A stretch of DNA of 64,000 nt, from NCBI RefSeq assembly GCF_006345805.1, contig NC_042997.1:145390001-145454000 (forward strand), written 5' to 3'. The stretch comes from Octopus sinensis (Eukaryota). This document shows, one piece after another, positions 27,240 through 40,998 of the stretch. The position numbers and the translations under genes were made by a program. A model generated the notes under the pieces. The model was not told the origin of the DNA, did not search any database, and worked only from the letters and a program-made list of their open reading frames with translations. The first letter of the stretch is position 1, and the number at the start of each line of letters is the position of its first letter.

Positions 27240-27590
27240 TAGAATCACGTAGTTTCAGTCCCATTTGTGACATCTCAGGCAAGTTTCTTCTCCAATGGAA
27301 CCAACAATGGCCAACCAAATCCTTGTGATAGAATTGGTAGACGGAAACTACGAGGAAGTTCGTCGTTTATATTTATATATGTATATGTCTTCGTGTGTGT
27401 GTTTGCCACCACCGCCTCCATCGCTTGACAATACTGATTTGTTTATTTATACGTAATCCAGCGGTTCGTCAAAAGAAACCGATAGAATAAGCACTAGACT
27501 TAACAGAATAAATACTGGGGTCGATTTCTTCGGCTAAACTTTACATAGTGATGCCCCAGCATGGCCGCAGTAAAAGAAGTGGAACGAATA
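27240..27590 (+). mobile_element. Degenerate SINE family B
   Basis: Head and tail similarity. Confidence 0.65.
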
Positions 27591-27624
27591 AACAATAAAA
27601 ATAGATCATATTGAAAATAAAACA

Positions 27625-27965
27625 AAACACGAGCACTCAGAAAGTGCAAACCTCCTCCAAGGCAACACCAACGTTCTCTCAACGCTTAGCCAGAGATGAT
27701 TATTAAAATGAGATTATCTAAAGTAAACTCGACTGCTCTCACAAACGAGAATACTAAAAACGAACCCGACCGCTCTCAAAGATTAAGTAAAAAATCCGGA
27801 AAAATAATCCAGAATCTTTGTTCGGTCCCGGATCGATCCCAAAATCTAATCAGCTCGTGCCAGTCACGAGGCCAAACATGTCTGAAAGTTTCATCCGAAT
27901 CCATCCAGTGGTTTTTGAGATATCTTGTCCACGGACAAACAAACAAACACGACTGAAAACAACAC
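27625..27965. mobile_element. HINE/Helentron-like non-autonomous element (truncated)
   Basis: gagcactcagaaagtgcaaacctcctccaagg start, aaagtttcatccgaatccatcc...ttttgagatatc and (caaa)n, as seen in this element class; far end missing. Confidence 0.4.
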
Positions 27966-29435
27966 TTGTACTATTATTAACAGGGGGCCAAACACAGAGG
28001 GGACAATACAAAAATCAGGGGCCAAGATGAAAAACATAAGAATATGATAAATCGAATAAAAATTAATGATACTAAAAATCGGATGAAATAATAATACAAA
28101 TTACAAAAAACAATGAAGTGGGAAACGGGCTCTGCTTTTGGCCCCGCAAGCCCCTATCCACCACTGTGACCTTTTAAGGAGTCCTGAAGATCAGTTCTTT
28201 AAAATACACCCACTGGGAATTAAAATGTTACGTTTGATGACTCATGCTAATTTTTCCTGTGTTGCATGCTTTATTTGAAGTTTACATAACGTTTGACGAG
28301 CCAAATGTTCAACGTATCTGAATTTGAATTTCATATTCAGCATTTAATTTGATTATAGATATAGGTTTTTTAACAGTATTTTGACAAAGTGGAGCATTAA
28401 ACTTCTAAAATAATATTCAACTTTCAAAATATTAATTCACATTACATATGCCGTTAACAATGTTTTCTCGTGGAACACCTGATCATTTAAAACCGAAAGC
28501 AGTTTTTGAAAACAGACAACATATTAAAAAGATAAAAATAATGTAAATCTGTTTTGTAAATATCAGGCCATTTTAAAATATCATCGAAGTAGTTAACTCG
28601 TTGCTTATAATGTTAGAGCTTCTTAATGTTGTTTTATCTCAGCGCTAACTGAGCAGACCTATGATCAAAGTCATTCCAGTCGTGAATATCCCCATCTATT
28701 TAGGGATATCTAGATCTAAAGTTATATGTGGTAAAAGTAGATCTCTGTGAAGAAGTAGTTAATAAATTCTTTCTAATTTTTCCACAAGGCCAACTAGTTT
28801 GAGGGAAGGAGTAAGTTGATTAAAACGACCTCAGTATTCAACTGCTACTTATTTTATCGACCTCAAAAGAGTGAAAGGTTAAGATGACATCTGCGGGATT
28901 TAAATTCAGAACATAAATAACCGAAATAAATGATGTTAACGAGTCTGGCAGCTTGCCGTCCAAGAGTTTGTTAATAAAGATGTCACCAACATAGTTAACA
29001 GACGTAGCTGCATGATTTCCAAGTTCGTTTTGCAATTACGTGGGTTTTAAGTTCATTCCCCTTTCTGTATCACATCGAGTGCCTTTTACTATAGCCTCAG
29101 GTCAACTAAAGCTGAGTAAAATTTTTGCTGAGAGAAACTGTATGGAGGCCCTTAGTTACCTTTATAAGAGTACACTGGGTTATAAGAAGTCAGACAAAGG
29201 GTCCGGTCGGACGATAACTTCCCAAAAGTCTCGAGCGACTCAGAAGCCTATTGTGGGCGCTGTGTTTCTTCCTTTGACTAAGTGATAAAGAAAAGAAAAT
29301 GAACACTAACAGGAAATTGAATGACCTTCATTGACCTTCATTTAGTCGAGAGACTCATGGAAATATGTCCACCTTTTTTCTTGTCAGGATTATATTTTTT
29401 CATTTGCTCAATATGGTAAACATAATAAAATATAA

Positions 29436-30047
29436 TCTGTATACTACTAAAACTGTCATTGCTTACTTGCTTGCGTGCTTGTCTGTAATTTGATACCGCC
29501 AAACCGGCGCATAATGGGAAAATACTTTGAAATTAACGGTATCCCTGAAATGTGAATACAAACGGAATAAAACAAGTTTCGCGTAAATCGGGCCATGGAT
29601 TCCCGAGATACGCGGGGTTTTTTTGGTGTGTGTGTGGGGTACCTTCATAAATAGTTAAAACGGCACATAATGAGAAAATACTCCGAAAGTAACATAACCC
29701 TGAAATGGGAATATATAATACTGTGAAAATTGTTTCCATTAATCTTATGTTTTCGTTATATGACAATTCCTTTTGCTCTTTTTGTAGACGTGTGCACTTA
29801 TACCATAAGTAAGTGCTGTTACAGGAGTTCAGGTTTATCCCGGAAGTTTTATTTCTATTAGATGTTGTAAATAATCAGTAAAACCTTAAACATGAACTTG
29901 TAAACCAAACCTATGCTGACACGAACGAATTGAAATATTTAACTGAATCATCATAAAATCAGCTTTCATTTCAATACAAGGTTGAAATCAGCTTTAATGT
30001 TTTATAACCTGAACCGTCAGTGACCCAACGGGTCACGGGTAGTTTAG
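29436..30047 (+). mobile_element. Non-autonomous Helitron
   Basis: a|tctgtatactactaaaa 5' end; 3' hairpin gtgaccc-aac-gggtcac (30020-30036); ends ttag|t (CTAG variant). Confidence 0.6.
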
Positions 30048-30703
30048 TTTAATACAAAAATTTAGAAACCTATATTTCATTTATTATCGATTCCATTATT
30101 GCTTTATTATTATAATGCAAGTGTTTCCATGTTCAAATCAAACCGGAGTCGATACTGGTTTTCATTCTTGGACTGAACAAGCGATCAGTGATTTTCTGGT
30201 GATTTATCAGTAAAACTCTCTTAGACATCTTTGCAACGATGAAAAATCTTCAGTTAACTCTTTATGTCCATGGTCATAAAATGTATTTCTAAATAAGTCT
30301 TTTGTTCGGTTTTATGACGGAAAACTTAATTCATCACTCGGCTTTACACCAATCCTTGGGTGCTTTTAGCAGATTTCACTCAGTTGCAAGCATTCGGGCC
30401 TAGTTTCCGGTTTGAGAATAATTTTCCACAAACCTCTACCCGCCACTTCTTCCAGCTAGGACGAGTGACGGGTGGTGCCATGACAAAAACATAACATATT
30501 TAAATAATGTTTAAGAGGAGTTATTGAAATTTGAATTTAGTCTGAGACCATATGCATATACAGGAATAAGATAATAGATAACGATCTAACGGATCATAAC
30601 GTAATATCTGAAAAAGGCATTTACAATCTTTCTTATCTTTATACTTCTTGACATGTAATGACCCATTTTTACGTATGTGTGTATGTATGTATGTATGCAT
30701 GTA

Positions 30704-30757
<54 letters not shown>

Positions 30758-30759
30758 AG

Positions 30760-31650
30760 ACAACTCCCTCGGCACTCTCAAAAAATACTAATCGTAATGA
30801 ATATAACACCAGGTTAACCCTAGATAATAATAACTCCGTAAATTCCACTTTAGCACCTTCTAGAATCCTAAGCAGCTGTAGACGCCCTACCTCCTGCCCC
30901 ATAGATAATATATGCGTAACAAAAAATACTGTATAAAAATGCACAGTGTCAACTGAAAATTCCAATTATATATACATCGACTTGTGCAGCACCCCCACAT
31001 AATTTTAAATGCTCCATAGCTACCCATGCCAAACCCTACAACGGTTATAACAACAATTGCGATCTATGCACCACGGAAGTCTTTTCTGTTATACAATCCA
31101 CCAACTGTCTTAATGAACGGAACCATCTAATTTTTAATTGTAAACACCGATTATGTAACATTTTCTGAAAATACAAATAATAGCCCCCTCCTCATTCTTC
31201 CCTAGTTATTCCTCCGCCCCCATTTGCAGCTCTTCCACGTATTTATAACAGAAAATGTTTCTAACTACCTTTATATATTTTTAATCTTGTGAAATCCCAA
31301 AATCTTTCTCTCTGCACACGAGAATATAGAGGCGCGTACGCGCGCGTACCTATAGAATACTACAGGTGCATTGGAAAAATATACTCGTGCGCGCGAATAT
31401 ATTTGTGTATAGTTTTAATGTTAAGTGATAAACCACCAATTTACCTAGAACTGACCAGAAATTTTATCTCTCACCTCCCCCTCTTTCTCCTTCTCTTCTA
31501 ACAAATTTATTTTACTACCACTCCTAAATGTTCTCTTCCTCTTCCACTCCTGACAATATTACCTCTAAAATACTTCCTTTTAATTTTCTTTGATTCGGTT
31601 TAAATGTATTGACATGAGTGCGACAATATATTTATTTACAAAAACTGGAT
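30760..31650 (+). mobile_element. Penelope-like element 3' fragment (GIY-YIG endonuclease remnant plus 3'UTR)
   Basis: SCRRPTSCPIDNICVTKNTV*KCTVSTENSNYIYIDLCSTP and AKPYNGYNNNCDLCTTEVFSVIQSTNCLNERNHLIFNCKHR match the PLE endonuclease and C-terminal pattern; internal deletion. Confidence 0.75.
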
Positions 31651-31771
31651 ATTTTCCGTGAAATTTTCTACAGATATCTTACAGATGGTATAGATTCCAA
31701 CTATATTGGAATTTGTTCTGCAGAATTTTTCGGAGGAGCGAACAAGTGTTTCAGAAAATTTAGACGAATAG

Positions 31772-32198
31772 ACTTTGTTTCCTCACAACTTTCAGAAAAA
31801 TGAGTATTTTTAAATAAAGTTTTCTACATATACCTTTCGGATGGTAGAGATTACCATTAGAGATTACCAAAAACGTGAAAAGGATACCTGGTGGGTGTGA
31901 TTTAGTGGTGAAAAGGATACTTGGAGGGTGTGATTTGGTAGTGCAAAGGATACTTGGTGGGTGTGATTCATACACACTGACACACATCTTATATATATCT
32001 ACAAAATGAAACTTGAAATTTTGAAAACAACCATGCGACATGTATCAGTATGTATGTGTGAACACCCACCAGTGTTATTTTTTTACTCTTTCTTCACATT
32101 AAATTCCGATACGGTCGTAATTCACACCGTTTGAAAGGTATTTGTAGAAAATTTATTTAAAAACACCCATTTTTCTGAAAGTTGTGAAGAAATAAAGT
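31772..32198. mobile_element. MITE-like segment with ~72-bp inverted repeats and an internal 3 x 33-bp tandem
   Basis: 31772-31846 versus 32126-32198 inverted; aaaggatac(c/t)tgg(t/a)gggtgtgatt x3 at ~31878-31970. Confidence 0.65.
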
Positions 32199-32224
32199 TA
32201 ATGGAACACTTGCATAACCCAAAA

Positions 32225-32670
32225 TCTATATATATAAAGCTTAAGTTGTCTGTGTATGGCAGGTTTGGTAGCCTTCAACTAACACTTGCATAACCCAAAA
32301 TCTATATATATAAAGCTTAAGTTGTCTGTGTATGGCAGGTTTGGTAGCCTTCAACTAACACTATCTCCTCCGAGACCCTGCGGCGCAAGTTGACCAAAAT
32401 TGAAGTATGATAGAAAAAGGCTTGCTCTTCCTTCCGTAGCAGAAAAAATTCAAATCGGACCATGTTAACAACAAAAATTATTTACATCAAAAAGGTGCTT
32501 TTTTTTTACGATTTTTTGACTGCTGTGTCGCCATTTTTCGGTTTATTTCAACCAGAAAAATGTTCACTTAAAGAGAATAACAAGCTACATAATGCAAAAT
32601 TCTTACTTTTCAAAAATTTCAATTCTAAAGGGTCGAAAGAAACCCGAGCAATGCCGCGCGATACTGCTAG
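32225..32670 (+). mobile_element. Non-autonomous Helitron (same family as 63177) with a duplicated 5' junction
   Basis: a|tctatatatataaag start; ccgagcaatgccgcgcgatactgctag|t end. Confidence 0.8.
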
Positions 32671-33169
32671 TTTCTATAATTTAAAAAAAAAATAGTCTGG
32701 TAGAATTAAAATGCTGAATCTATCTGATTTTTGCCATCTATTTTGTGCACGTAGAAACACATCAGATGTAATATCACCTATCTTCTATTTTTCAGTCTTT
32801 ATATCAGATATTCATTGAATAATCAATAGTAACACAATCTGAGCTATGGAACTATGTTTATTATTTATTTTTGATTTTTGTACGTATAGGTCTAGTTTAT
32901 ATTAATTGGGTCAGTCGGTTATATTGATTTGTTCGGTTTCTCAAATTATTTTAACGTATTTTTCATTGAAAAGTGGTTATATTTTCAACAACGCAGCCTA
33001 AATTTAAGGCTGTTTGTATATTGCCTGCACAAATGAAGGTGTTTTCGTGTTTCTCACTTCTTGGTGAATGCAAAATAAAAAATTAAAAATTACAAACACA
33101 CTGTATATATAGACGGTTAAAAAATGCTTTACAGTAAAAATTTTATTCAAAAAATTTTGAAAATAAATA

Positions 33170-33205
33170 CATACATATACAATTTGTGTGTGTATGTGTG
33201 TCCGT

Positions 33206-33263
<58 letters not shown>

Positions 33264-33266
33264 ATG

Positions 33267-33312
<46 letters not shown>

Positions 33313-33610
33313 AATGTGTGTGTATATGTATATATATATATATATGTATATAAATGTGTGTGTATATATGTATATATATATATATATATATGTGTGTGTA
33401 TTTGTGTATATATAGGTATATATATATATATATATGTGTGTGTATTTGTGTATATATATGTATATATATATGTATGTATATATATATAAATACATATATA
33501 TATATATATATATATATGTTATATATATATAAATACATATATATATATATTATATATATATATATATATAAATACATATATATATATATATATGTTATAT
33601 ATATAAATAC

Positions 33611-33660
<50 letters not shown>

Positions 33661-33665
33661 CTGTA
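33170..33665. repeat. Compound (TA)/(TG) microsatellite
   Basis: Direct observation. Confidence 0.9.
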
Positions 33666-33699
33666 TATGTAAGTATGTATAGTGAGAATTTTCAAAAAA

Positions 33700-34610
33700 A
33701 CAAAAGACGGGTGTGTAAACAACAAACAGATGTATTAGTTTAATGCTCGGGAAGTGAGAAAGTGTTTTACATTCTTCGCCGGAAAGGAACACAGTATCAA
33801 ACAGGGAGAGAAAATAAAGATAGTTTAGTGCCTAGCGACCTATCATGGCGAATGTCGGACAGAGGGTCACACAGGAGGGCAAGGATGAAGGGGATATAAT
33901 AAAATAGTGGTGATCCCAAAATGAAGGTGCCCGTGCCTGTGTATGTGAGAGCTTGTACGTGCGTGTTGAAGGGGCTGGTGACCTTGAAATGCACGTGTTT
34001 GCATATGTAGGTGTGGGGGTTATGGTGTAGGTGCTGGGAAGTGGTCAGTGCTAGTGTGTGCGGTGGTGTGGGTGCTTGGAAATGCTCTGTGCTAGTGTGT
34101 GCGGGGTGGTGTGATGTGGTGTGGTGGTGTGTGGTGTGGGAGAGGCGAGAATGGGGGAAGTAAGTGTGGTGTGTAAGGGATGGGGTGTGGGGGTGGAATG
34201 TATAGGGATGGTGGGGTTGGAATGTGTAGGGGTGAGGTAACGAGTGGTTGACGATGAAAGGAGAGGGTGGAAGGCAGGTAGGTAGGAGTGAAGAGAGGAA
34301 GTAGGTGTCAGAGCAAGAGAGGAGAGTGGAGGAGGGTTAGATGAAGAGGGGAGGAGAGTTGAGCCCATGTGACACAAAGGAGCGAAAGAGAAGATTAATC
34401 CCTGATCACGGCGAAAACGCGAGTCCGGATGGCCTCTGTGCAAGGACAATCCGAACACAGGCGTTGTAAAGAATGACCGATAGAGCGGAAATGGCGCGAG
34501 ACCGGGGTGTCGTTGCTGAATCTGGTGTCTCGGAGGTGTTCTGGGAACCGGTCAACAGAGCGTGCAAGGGAGTACTCGACTCGAACTTGCAAAGTGGAAA
34601 TATTTTATTT
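33700..34610 (-). mobile_element. Penelope-like element 3' fragment (GIY-YIG C-terminus, UTR, terminal repeat)
   Basis: DRFPEHLRDTRFSNDTPVSRHFRSIGHS then FGLSLHRGHPDSRFRRDQGLIFS; the end (33700-33800) matches 26345-26430 but lacks the hammerhead stem II. Confidence 0.75.
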
Positions 34611-34669
34611 TTACCTTTATATCTGGGGCGTAGGACGTGCCGGAAAAATTTTTTAAATATATATATATA

Positions 34670-34830
34670 TATATACCATGGACTTTCACACAGTTTCCGT
34701 CAAACCAATTCCCTCAGAAAAGTTTGGTCGGCGTGGGACTATAATAGAAGACCCTTGCCCAAGGTGCCACGCAATGGGACTGAACCCGAAACCAAGATTG
34801 CAAAGCAAGCTTCTTGACCACACAGCATAC
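34670..34830 (-). mobile_element. SINE family B head
   Basis: Reverse complement of the family B head, including aagaagcttgct. Confidence 0.7.
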
Positions 34831-37800
34831 ATGCGACTGGTATTTCCGCCCATATTTGCCAAAGAATTAAATTCTTTGGCTATTTTGACGTTCCAGGTTG
34901 ATTAATAAACGTATTGTTACATGATGGTGCATTCGTAGAACTGTAAAAAGTTTGGACAGGATATCTTGTGATATTTGTTCGGCACTTTGCGCTCTGGTTT
35001 CAAATTGCATCGTGGTTAAACACACCCCGCTAATACCTTGGACATCTTTTGTTGTAAGCATTCAGGCCAGGCCTCTTGCTTGAGGAAATCTTGTTTTCTC
35101 CCTCCCACGTATCCCTGTTTGAGTCCCTGTAACGAATCACTGCTTTCCCTCCTGACTAAAACGTATCTTATAAAAACGAAAAAACAAAACAAAACATTAA
35201 GAAATGGTAATCATAGCTAAGATTCACATAGGAAGGTCGACTGCGAAGTTCGTGCTTTCTTCGTGTGTCTTATGGCTGTCTGTAATTAATAGCTTTTTCA
35301 GATAGATAAGTAGTATTTAAAAGACCATTAAAATTGACAAGTCTAACAGACGGCTTAAGCAGATTGGACTTAATGGTCAAACATTTATAGTTAAGATATG
35401 TGAAGGATATTAAAAACAAACCGATTAAACTGACAGATAAAACAAATAGATTAGACAGATTATAGGAGCCCATAATACAGATTAGAGAGAAATATTTAGA
35501 CATGAAGTTGAGAGGAGCGAGTTTTACTATGTAGTAAACTCGTTACTACTTCATTTATAATGTGTATAATGCTATTTTATACTTGTGTACATTATTCATA
35601 GTAACTAGGCAAATTAACCATCTCAAATGGTTATCATACTTAAAGCGTGCATACTGTTGAAACCCTTCTAAACTGCTGTATTCATCTCGAGAAAGCATCT
35701 CATTTTAGAGCCCACAAAAATATCTCAGCAGCAGATGTAAATCCTAGTTTTGTAAGTGAATCTTAAACAAAAAGGAAAATAACTGAAGCCGATGGCTGAA
35801 CTACTAGATGACGTATAAGTACATTTAATAAAAGAAATTAATAATTAATTGTTCTTTCTTTCAAGTACGGAAAACCAGCAAAAACCTTGCGGCAATCGTA
35901 TGATACTTTCAAAGAACCCATTACTTCTTTTTAAGTCTGGTACTTATATTAACAATCTTTTATTTTTATTTTTATTTTTGCCGTACTGCTAATACACAAA
36001 TATTCAAATAAACAAGCACCGGTTGTCAAGAAACAAAGACAAACAGAAGCACAAGCACAGACAGACAGACAGACATATGGATAGACAGGTGGTTTCTGTG
36101 AAGTTTTCATACTAAATTCACTCACAGTCTTGATCTGCCTAGAGGCTATAGGAGAAGACACTTGCCTAACGTGCTACGCGCGAACATCTTAACCATACAA
36201 CCATTCCTTAATATTATACTTTGAAATCCACGCTGTAATTATTCATATTATATATTTAAAGCATTATACTAAAATGGTGATAATTTAGTAGGAGATTTTA
36301 GCCAAACAAAATCAGTAAATCATTGTATTGGTTTTGTAAATAATTTAACACTGAGCAATAACATTTTAATGAATAAAATATATTGAAAAATATTTAATAT
36401 TAATAATAAAATGTTGTAGTTAATTACTCCATAACACGGATCATTTTAAGTCTTACTATTCTACAATAGCAGTTAGGAACATTTTATTGGATGCAATCGC
36501 TGCATTGTGGAAAACTGAATATACAAGTGAATATTTTTCCTTCTTTCAATTGGAAAACTTCAAATTCTGAAATATCGATTATTATGAAATTGTGTTTGAA
36601 AATCAAAGGGAAGAAAAACCTGCAACTAGCTATTCTTAAATTTTGCTTAGTCTTTTCCTTCCCACTTTAGAAAACTTTTCCATAACTTATAACAAAAGCA
36701 CTTTGCAATCAAAAGCAAAAGACATTTATTTCTTATCGCGAAAATCACTCCAGCTTAATCTTCTTAACATATAACATTTGAAAGTAAAAATGTTGAAATA
36801 CAGTGAAGTTTAAGGCCAGCAAAAAGAGGTCAATTGATTATGTCACAGTAAGATAGATAAATGAAACGCTACATGAACAATGCTGACTGCATCAGTCAAC
36901 TTGGTTTTTATATATATATAATAATACTTACCTAATGTACTATAATGGTTTCTGAATTAGGCACGAAGCCAACGATTTTGAGGGGAGGGTATTAGTCGAT
37001 GCCATCGACCCCAGTTCTTGAATTGATTGACGCTTTATTTTATCGACCCTGAAAGGATGAAAGGCAAAGTTGGTCGCTGAGATCTGAACTAACTGAACTG
37101 AAAATGCAAAGAGCCTGAACTAATAGCGTAAGACATTTTCCCGATGTTCTAGCTATTCTGTTAGCTCGCCGGCTTTACCGAACGTATTATAGGACTAAAT
37201 TTGCGCATTTTATTAAGTGTGTGTGTGCACGCGCACACATGTGTATATATAAACGTATATAACCCAGGATACAATGGATATTATTTAAACGAAGGGTAAT
37301 GGTCTTAGCATTGCAAATCTTCCAGGGCTGATGAAATCAATGTATTGGACATTCAACGAGCACATCGGTAAGGATGGAAACAGTAAGAAAAATGTGTAGT
37401 GCGAGATTTGTTGGTTGCGATACGCTGGGTGGGAGTTTGCAAAAGAAGAAAATACGTGGAATAGGGTAGAGTCAATAATATGAAGTTTGATTGTCCAAAG
37501 AAGCAGCAACGCTTATAATAATGGAAAAAAAAAAAACTCAGCAACGAAATAGTTTGTCCACAAACTAATGGTGACGATCGTAGTTATTACTGCTGTTTAT
37601 TGAGAGAAACATATGATCAATGACATTTCAGCCGTGACAATCTTGTCTCTTTTTTCCAGTCAAGATAATATTACACCCAAGATAATATTATTTAAAGTGT
37701 CTTTTAAAACGATGGGGTGTGTTTTGATGAAAATTCGACTGTTATTTCTAGTTGGGCAAATATATATAGAAGTTCCCTCGTTAACTCAATAAACTAGTGA

Positions 37801-37879
37801 TTTTAAGATAATGCTGAATAATTGCTATTAAGGCGAATAACGTTATCCCCAGAGGTGGGAGTTTACATAGATGTGTGTT

Positions 37880-38090
37880 CACGAAAGTGACGCAAACTCA
37901 GAGGGCAAATGTCTAAATTACTTGCAGGTGACACTTGCTTGTGAAAAATTAAAGAGGAATGTAAGGTTGTATTATCTATGTAGGAGTATGCGTCGTTAGA
38001 AATTACATCGTAAAGGTCATTGACGAAGTGTCTAAAGGACCTAACTGAAACCACTAAAGCTGATAACAATGGACAAGGAGAGATCTAACA
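37880..38090 (-). mobile_element. CR1/L2-like reverse transcriptase fragment
   Basis: FVNDLYDVISNDAYSYIDNTTLHSS resembles FINDL...YADDTTL. Confidence 0.5.
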
Positions 38091-39029
38091 GAGCACGTCA
38101 TAATGTAATGATTTGTTAGAATGAATGGAGCCTATATGCAGGCAAAGTAGCTACAGAGTCTTCGGGAATGATGCAGATGCAATCTGTATGGCAAGCAAGT
38201 GCAAGAGCATTGCTTTCGTTTACTTTCTCAAAAGTGTTTGACTTAAAGGTGTAGGTTTCTTGCAGATGTAACACCAGTGAAATAGTCCCTGACAAAAAAG
38301 AAATTTAAAAAACCCAAAATGATAATGGAGTTCGTTTTGTCGACTGTCTATATCACTTTGAGCTGATAGAAGTCAACTTTGTGATTAAGAGGAAAAATTA
38401 TCTTCAGTAATAACTAAGGCAGCGAGCTCAGAATAGTTGGGACACCGGGCAAAATGCGCATTTCATCCGTCATTACGTCGACTTTGCTTTTTATCCTTTC
38501 GGAGGTCGATAAAATAAGTACCAGTTGAACACTGGATTCGATGTATTCGACTTATCCCCTCCTTCAAACTTGCTGGCTTTGTGCCAAAATTTGAAACCAA
38601 TATTTGGTAATAATACTAAACCTCTTTGATATACATAGTGTACAATTTGCTATATATGTGCGAAGCGAGAAATACTAAAACTGTAAAAAGCTGAGAGCTG
38701 AATGTCTCATAAATCTTCTAGTCACGAAATGAAATGCTTTCTCGAGATGACTACTGCAGTTTAGAAGGATTTCAACAGTATGCACGCTTTAATGATTCAC
38801 TTCAAAAAATGGCAACAGACGTTACAACAGAGTTCAAGAAAATTAGGCAAAATTAACACTGGTCAATAATAATATATACAATGTTGTTAATCATTAGTCA
38901 TAAGTATCTCACTTCAGTGTTACCAAATATAATAACGACGGTTTTGAGTTTCGAACTTAAACATTCAAACTTCGAATTTGAAGGAAGCTGTCTTTTAAAG
39001 GTGTCGCTATGTGGTAAGAAGCTTGCTTC

Positions 39030-40983
39030 TGCGCATGCGTCACTTAGAGTGCATTTAGTTTGTCGTTTCTGTGCAAGTCGGACGTTTTTTGTGCTGCTTT
39101 GAAGGTAGAGACAATGCACTCAGACTTTAGCGGTTCGGAACTGTCTTCAGCGGTGGACGAGCTGGTAAGGGCGGTCATAAAGATGGACAGAGTATTGGAG
39201 AAGACAAGGAGTTTTGCTGAGACCACGGAGAGGAAGTGAAGGGAGTTGGACTTGGCTGGTCTGAAGAAGTATAAGATGGTACAGAGGGTGGGAGGGGGCG
39301 TGAGGTTGTCGCCCCACGAAGGAATTATGGAGCGGATGGAGATAAAAACGATCACCTATAAGGTGTTCTCGTTAAAAGGTGGAAGCTGAAACGGAAAAGG
39401 TGCTAAGGGAGAAGTCGAAAGAAATAAAATACATAACTAAAGGAAGGAGATATGGGACAATGGTCGTCCAATTTAGGGCAGTAGAGGAGGCGAGGAGGCT
39501 GGCGAGTGTGGCGGTGAAAGTAGAGGAAGTAGTGCTTCTGCCCACATACCTTGGAAGAAAGACTTCCAAGGTAAGGGTAGAAGCAATTCCACCTGATATA
39601 GAAGTGGTTTCTCCAGATAGAGAAAAATTGGAGTGAGGTGACCAGTAAGGTGACTGCTCTAACCCAGACCTGGTCTGGGCGGGCGTTATCCTTGCTAGGG
39701 AGGGTGGAGGTGGTGCAGATGTTTATAGCATCAGTAATCACCTACTGTCTGACCGTGGAGCCTTGCCCCGATTTGTGACTGAACAAGTTGGAGAGAATCC
39801 TTTTCCGCTTTTTGTGGAAGGGAGGTAAGCCACTTGTGAAGCGCTCTATCTGTTGCCAGAAATCACTAAAGGGTGGGATAGGGATGCCTTGGCTGAAGAT
39901 GCGAAAATTCGCGTTAAGGTTGAGGCACCTCTGGCTTTACTTGGATGGAGAGCAGGTGTGGTCATCGCATGTCCAGTTCTATGTTCCGCAGTTAACGTCC
40001 TTAACGCGCATTGGTATATGGATCAAACAGAGACCTAAGCTGGGGGACTGGCAATTGGAGTGCCGTCAGGTACTTCAGTTGCTCTGTCGGACGGGCAATG
40101 CCGGCAGTAGGAGTTCCACCGCGGTTTTTATAGCGGGTTAGTAGAGATTATATCCGAAGACGCCTTGGGGGAGACCCTGGGCTACGATTAAAATCAGTTG
40201 ATCAACCTGTTCAGGAGAGCTTTCGGGCCAGGTTATCTAGATAATTACCAGAAATCCTTGGCTTGGCAATGCTTCCGTGTGGCGTTACCTATTCGTGATA
40301 AACTGTCAAGGCACAGAAGTGCCGTCTCGCCGACATGTCCGAGGTGCGGGCAGGACAGGGAAACCGTCTTGCACGCATTTGTGAAGTGTCCGGAATTAAC
40401 GGGACTAATAGCTTTCGCAGAACAACTGTTGTCATCGATGGGAAGAGTACAGCTATCGGCTAAGTCTATCATCGTGATTGTGCCGCCTCCTTCCCTCAAC
40501 AGGGAGAGGAAGGCTTGCTTTTTCTGCGTAGTAGCCATACTGAAAGAAAGAATATGGAAGATGCGTGTGAAAAGAATGGTGACGGTTACCTTTGTATCTG
40601 GCCAGGTGTTGGTTAACTTTTTTAATTACCACCTCAGTTGATAAGAGGTACCTGTCACGAGAAGGATTCAAGAAAAGATGGAAGTTTGTGGCAAGAAAGC
40701 TGGGAGTGATTGGCACCAAGTAAGTGGAGCCCCGGAAAAAAAGCAGAGGTTCTACCCTGGTACTAGGGTGCCTTTCCTTTGGGAGAAAAATTGCATGTGA
40801 CAATGTGATATCATCGAACTTTTAAATTTTTACTGTAATTTTAATCGTAAATTTTAATCGTAATTTATCATTAAAAAAAAACAAAGAACTTTTAAATTGT
40901 AGCAGCTTCTTCACCATTTTACGTTTGTCTGTCCTTGTTTGTCCCCTCTTTGTAATGCTAGTATAGCAAACATTTATGAAATA
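39030..40983 (+). mobile_element. Tx1/L1-clade non-LTR retrotransposon copy 1, internally deleted (ORF1 5' part fused to ORF2 C-terminus)
   Basis: ORF1 remnant 39115-39620; then QIEKNWSEVTSKV...WSGRALSLLGR...RILFRFLWKGGKPLVKRSICCQKSLKGGIGMP and the zf-RVT-like LAWQCFRVALPIRDKL...CPRCGQDRETVLHAFVKC; EN and RT are absent. Confidence 0.85.
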
Positions 40984-40998
40984 AAGAAGCTTGATTCC

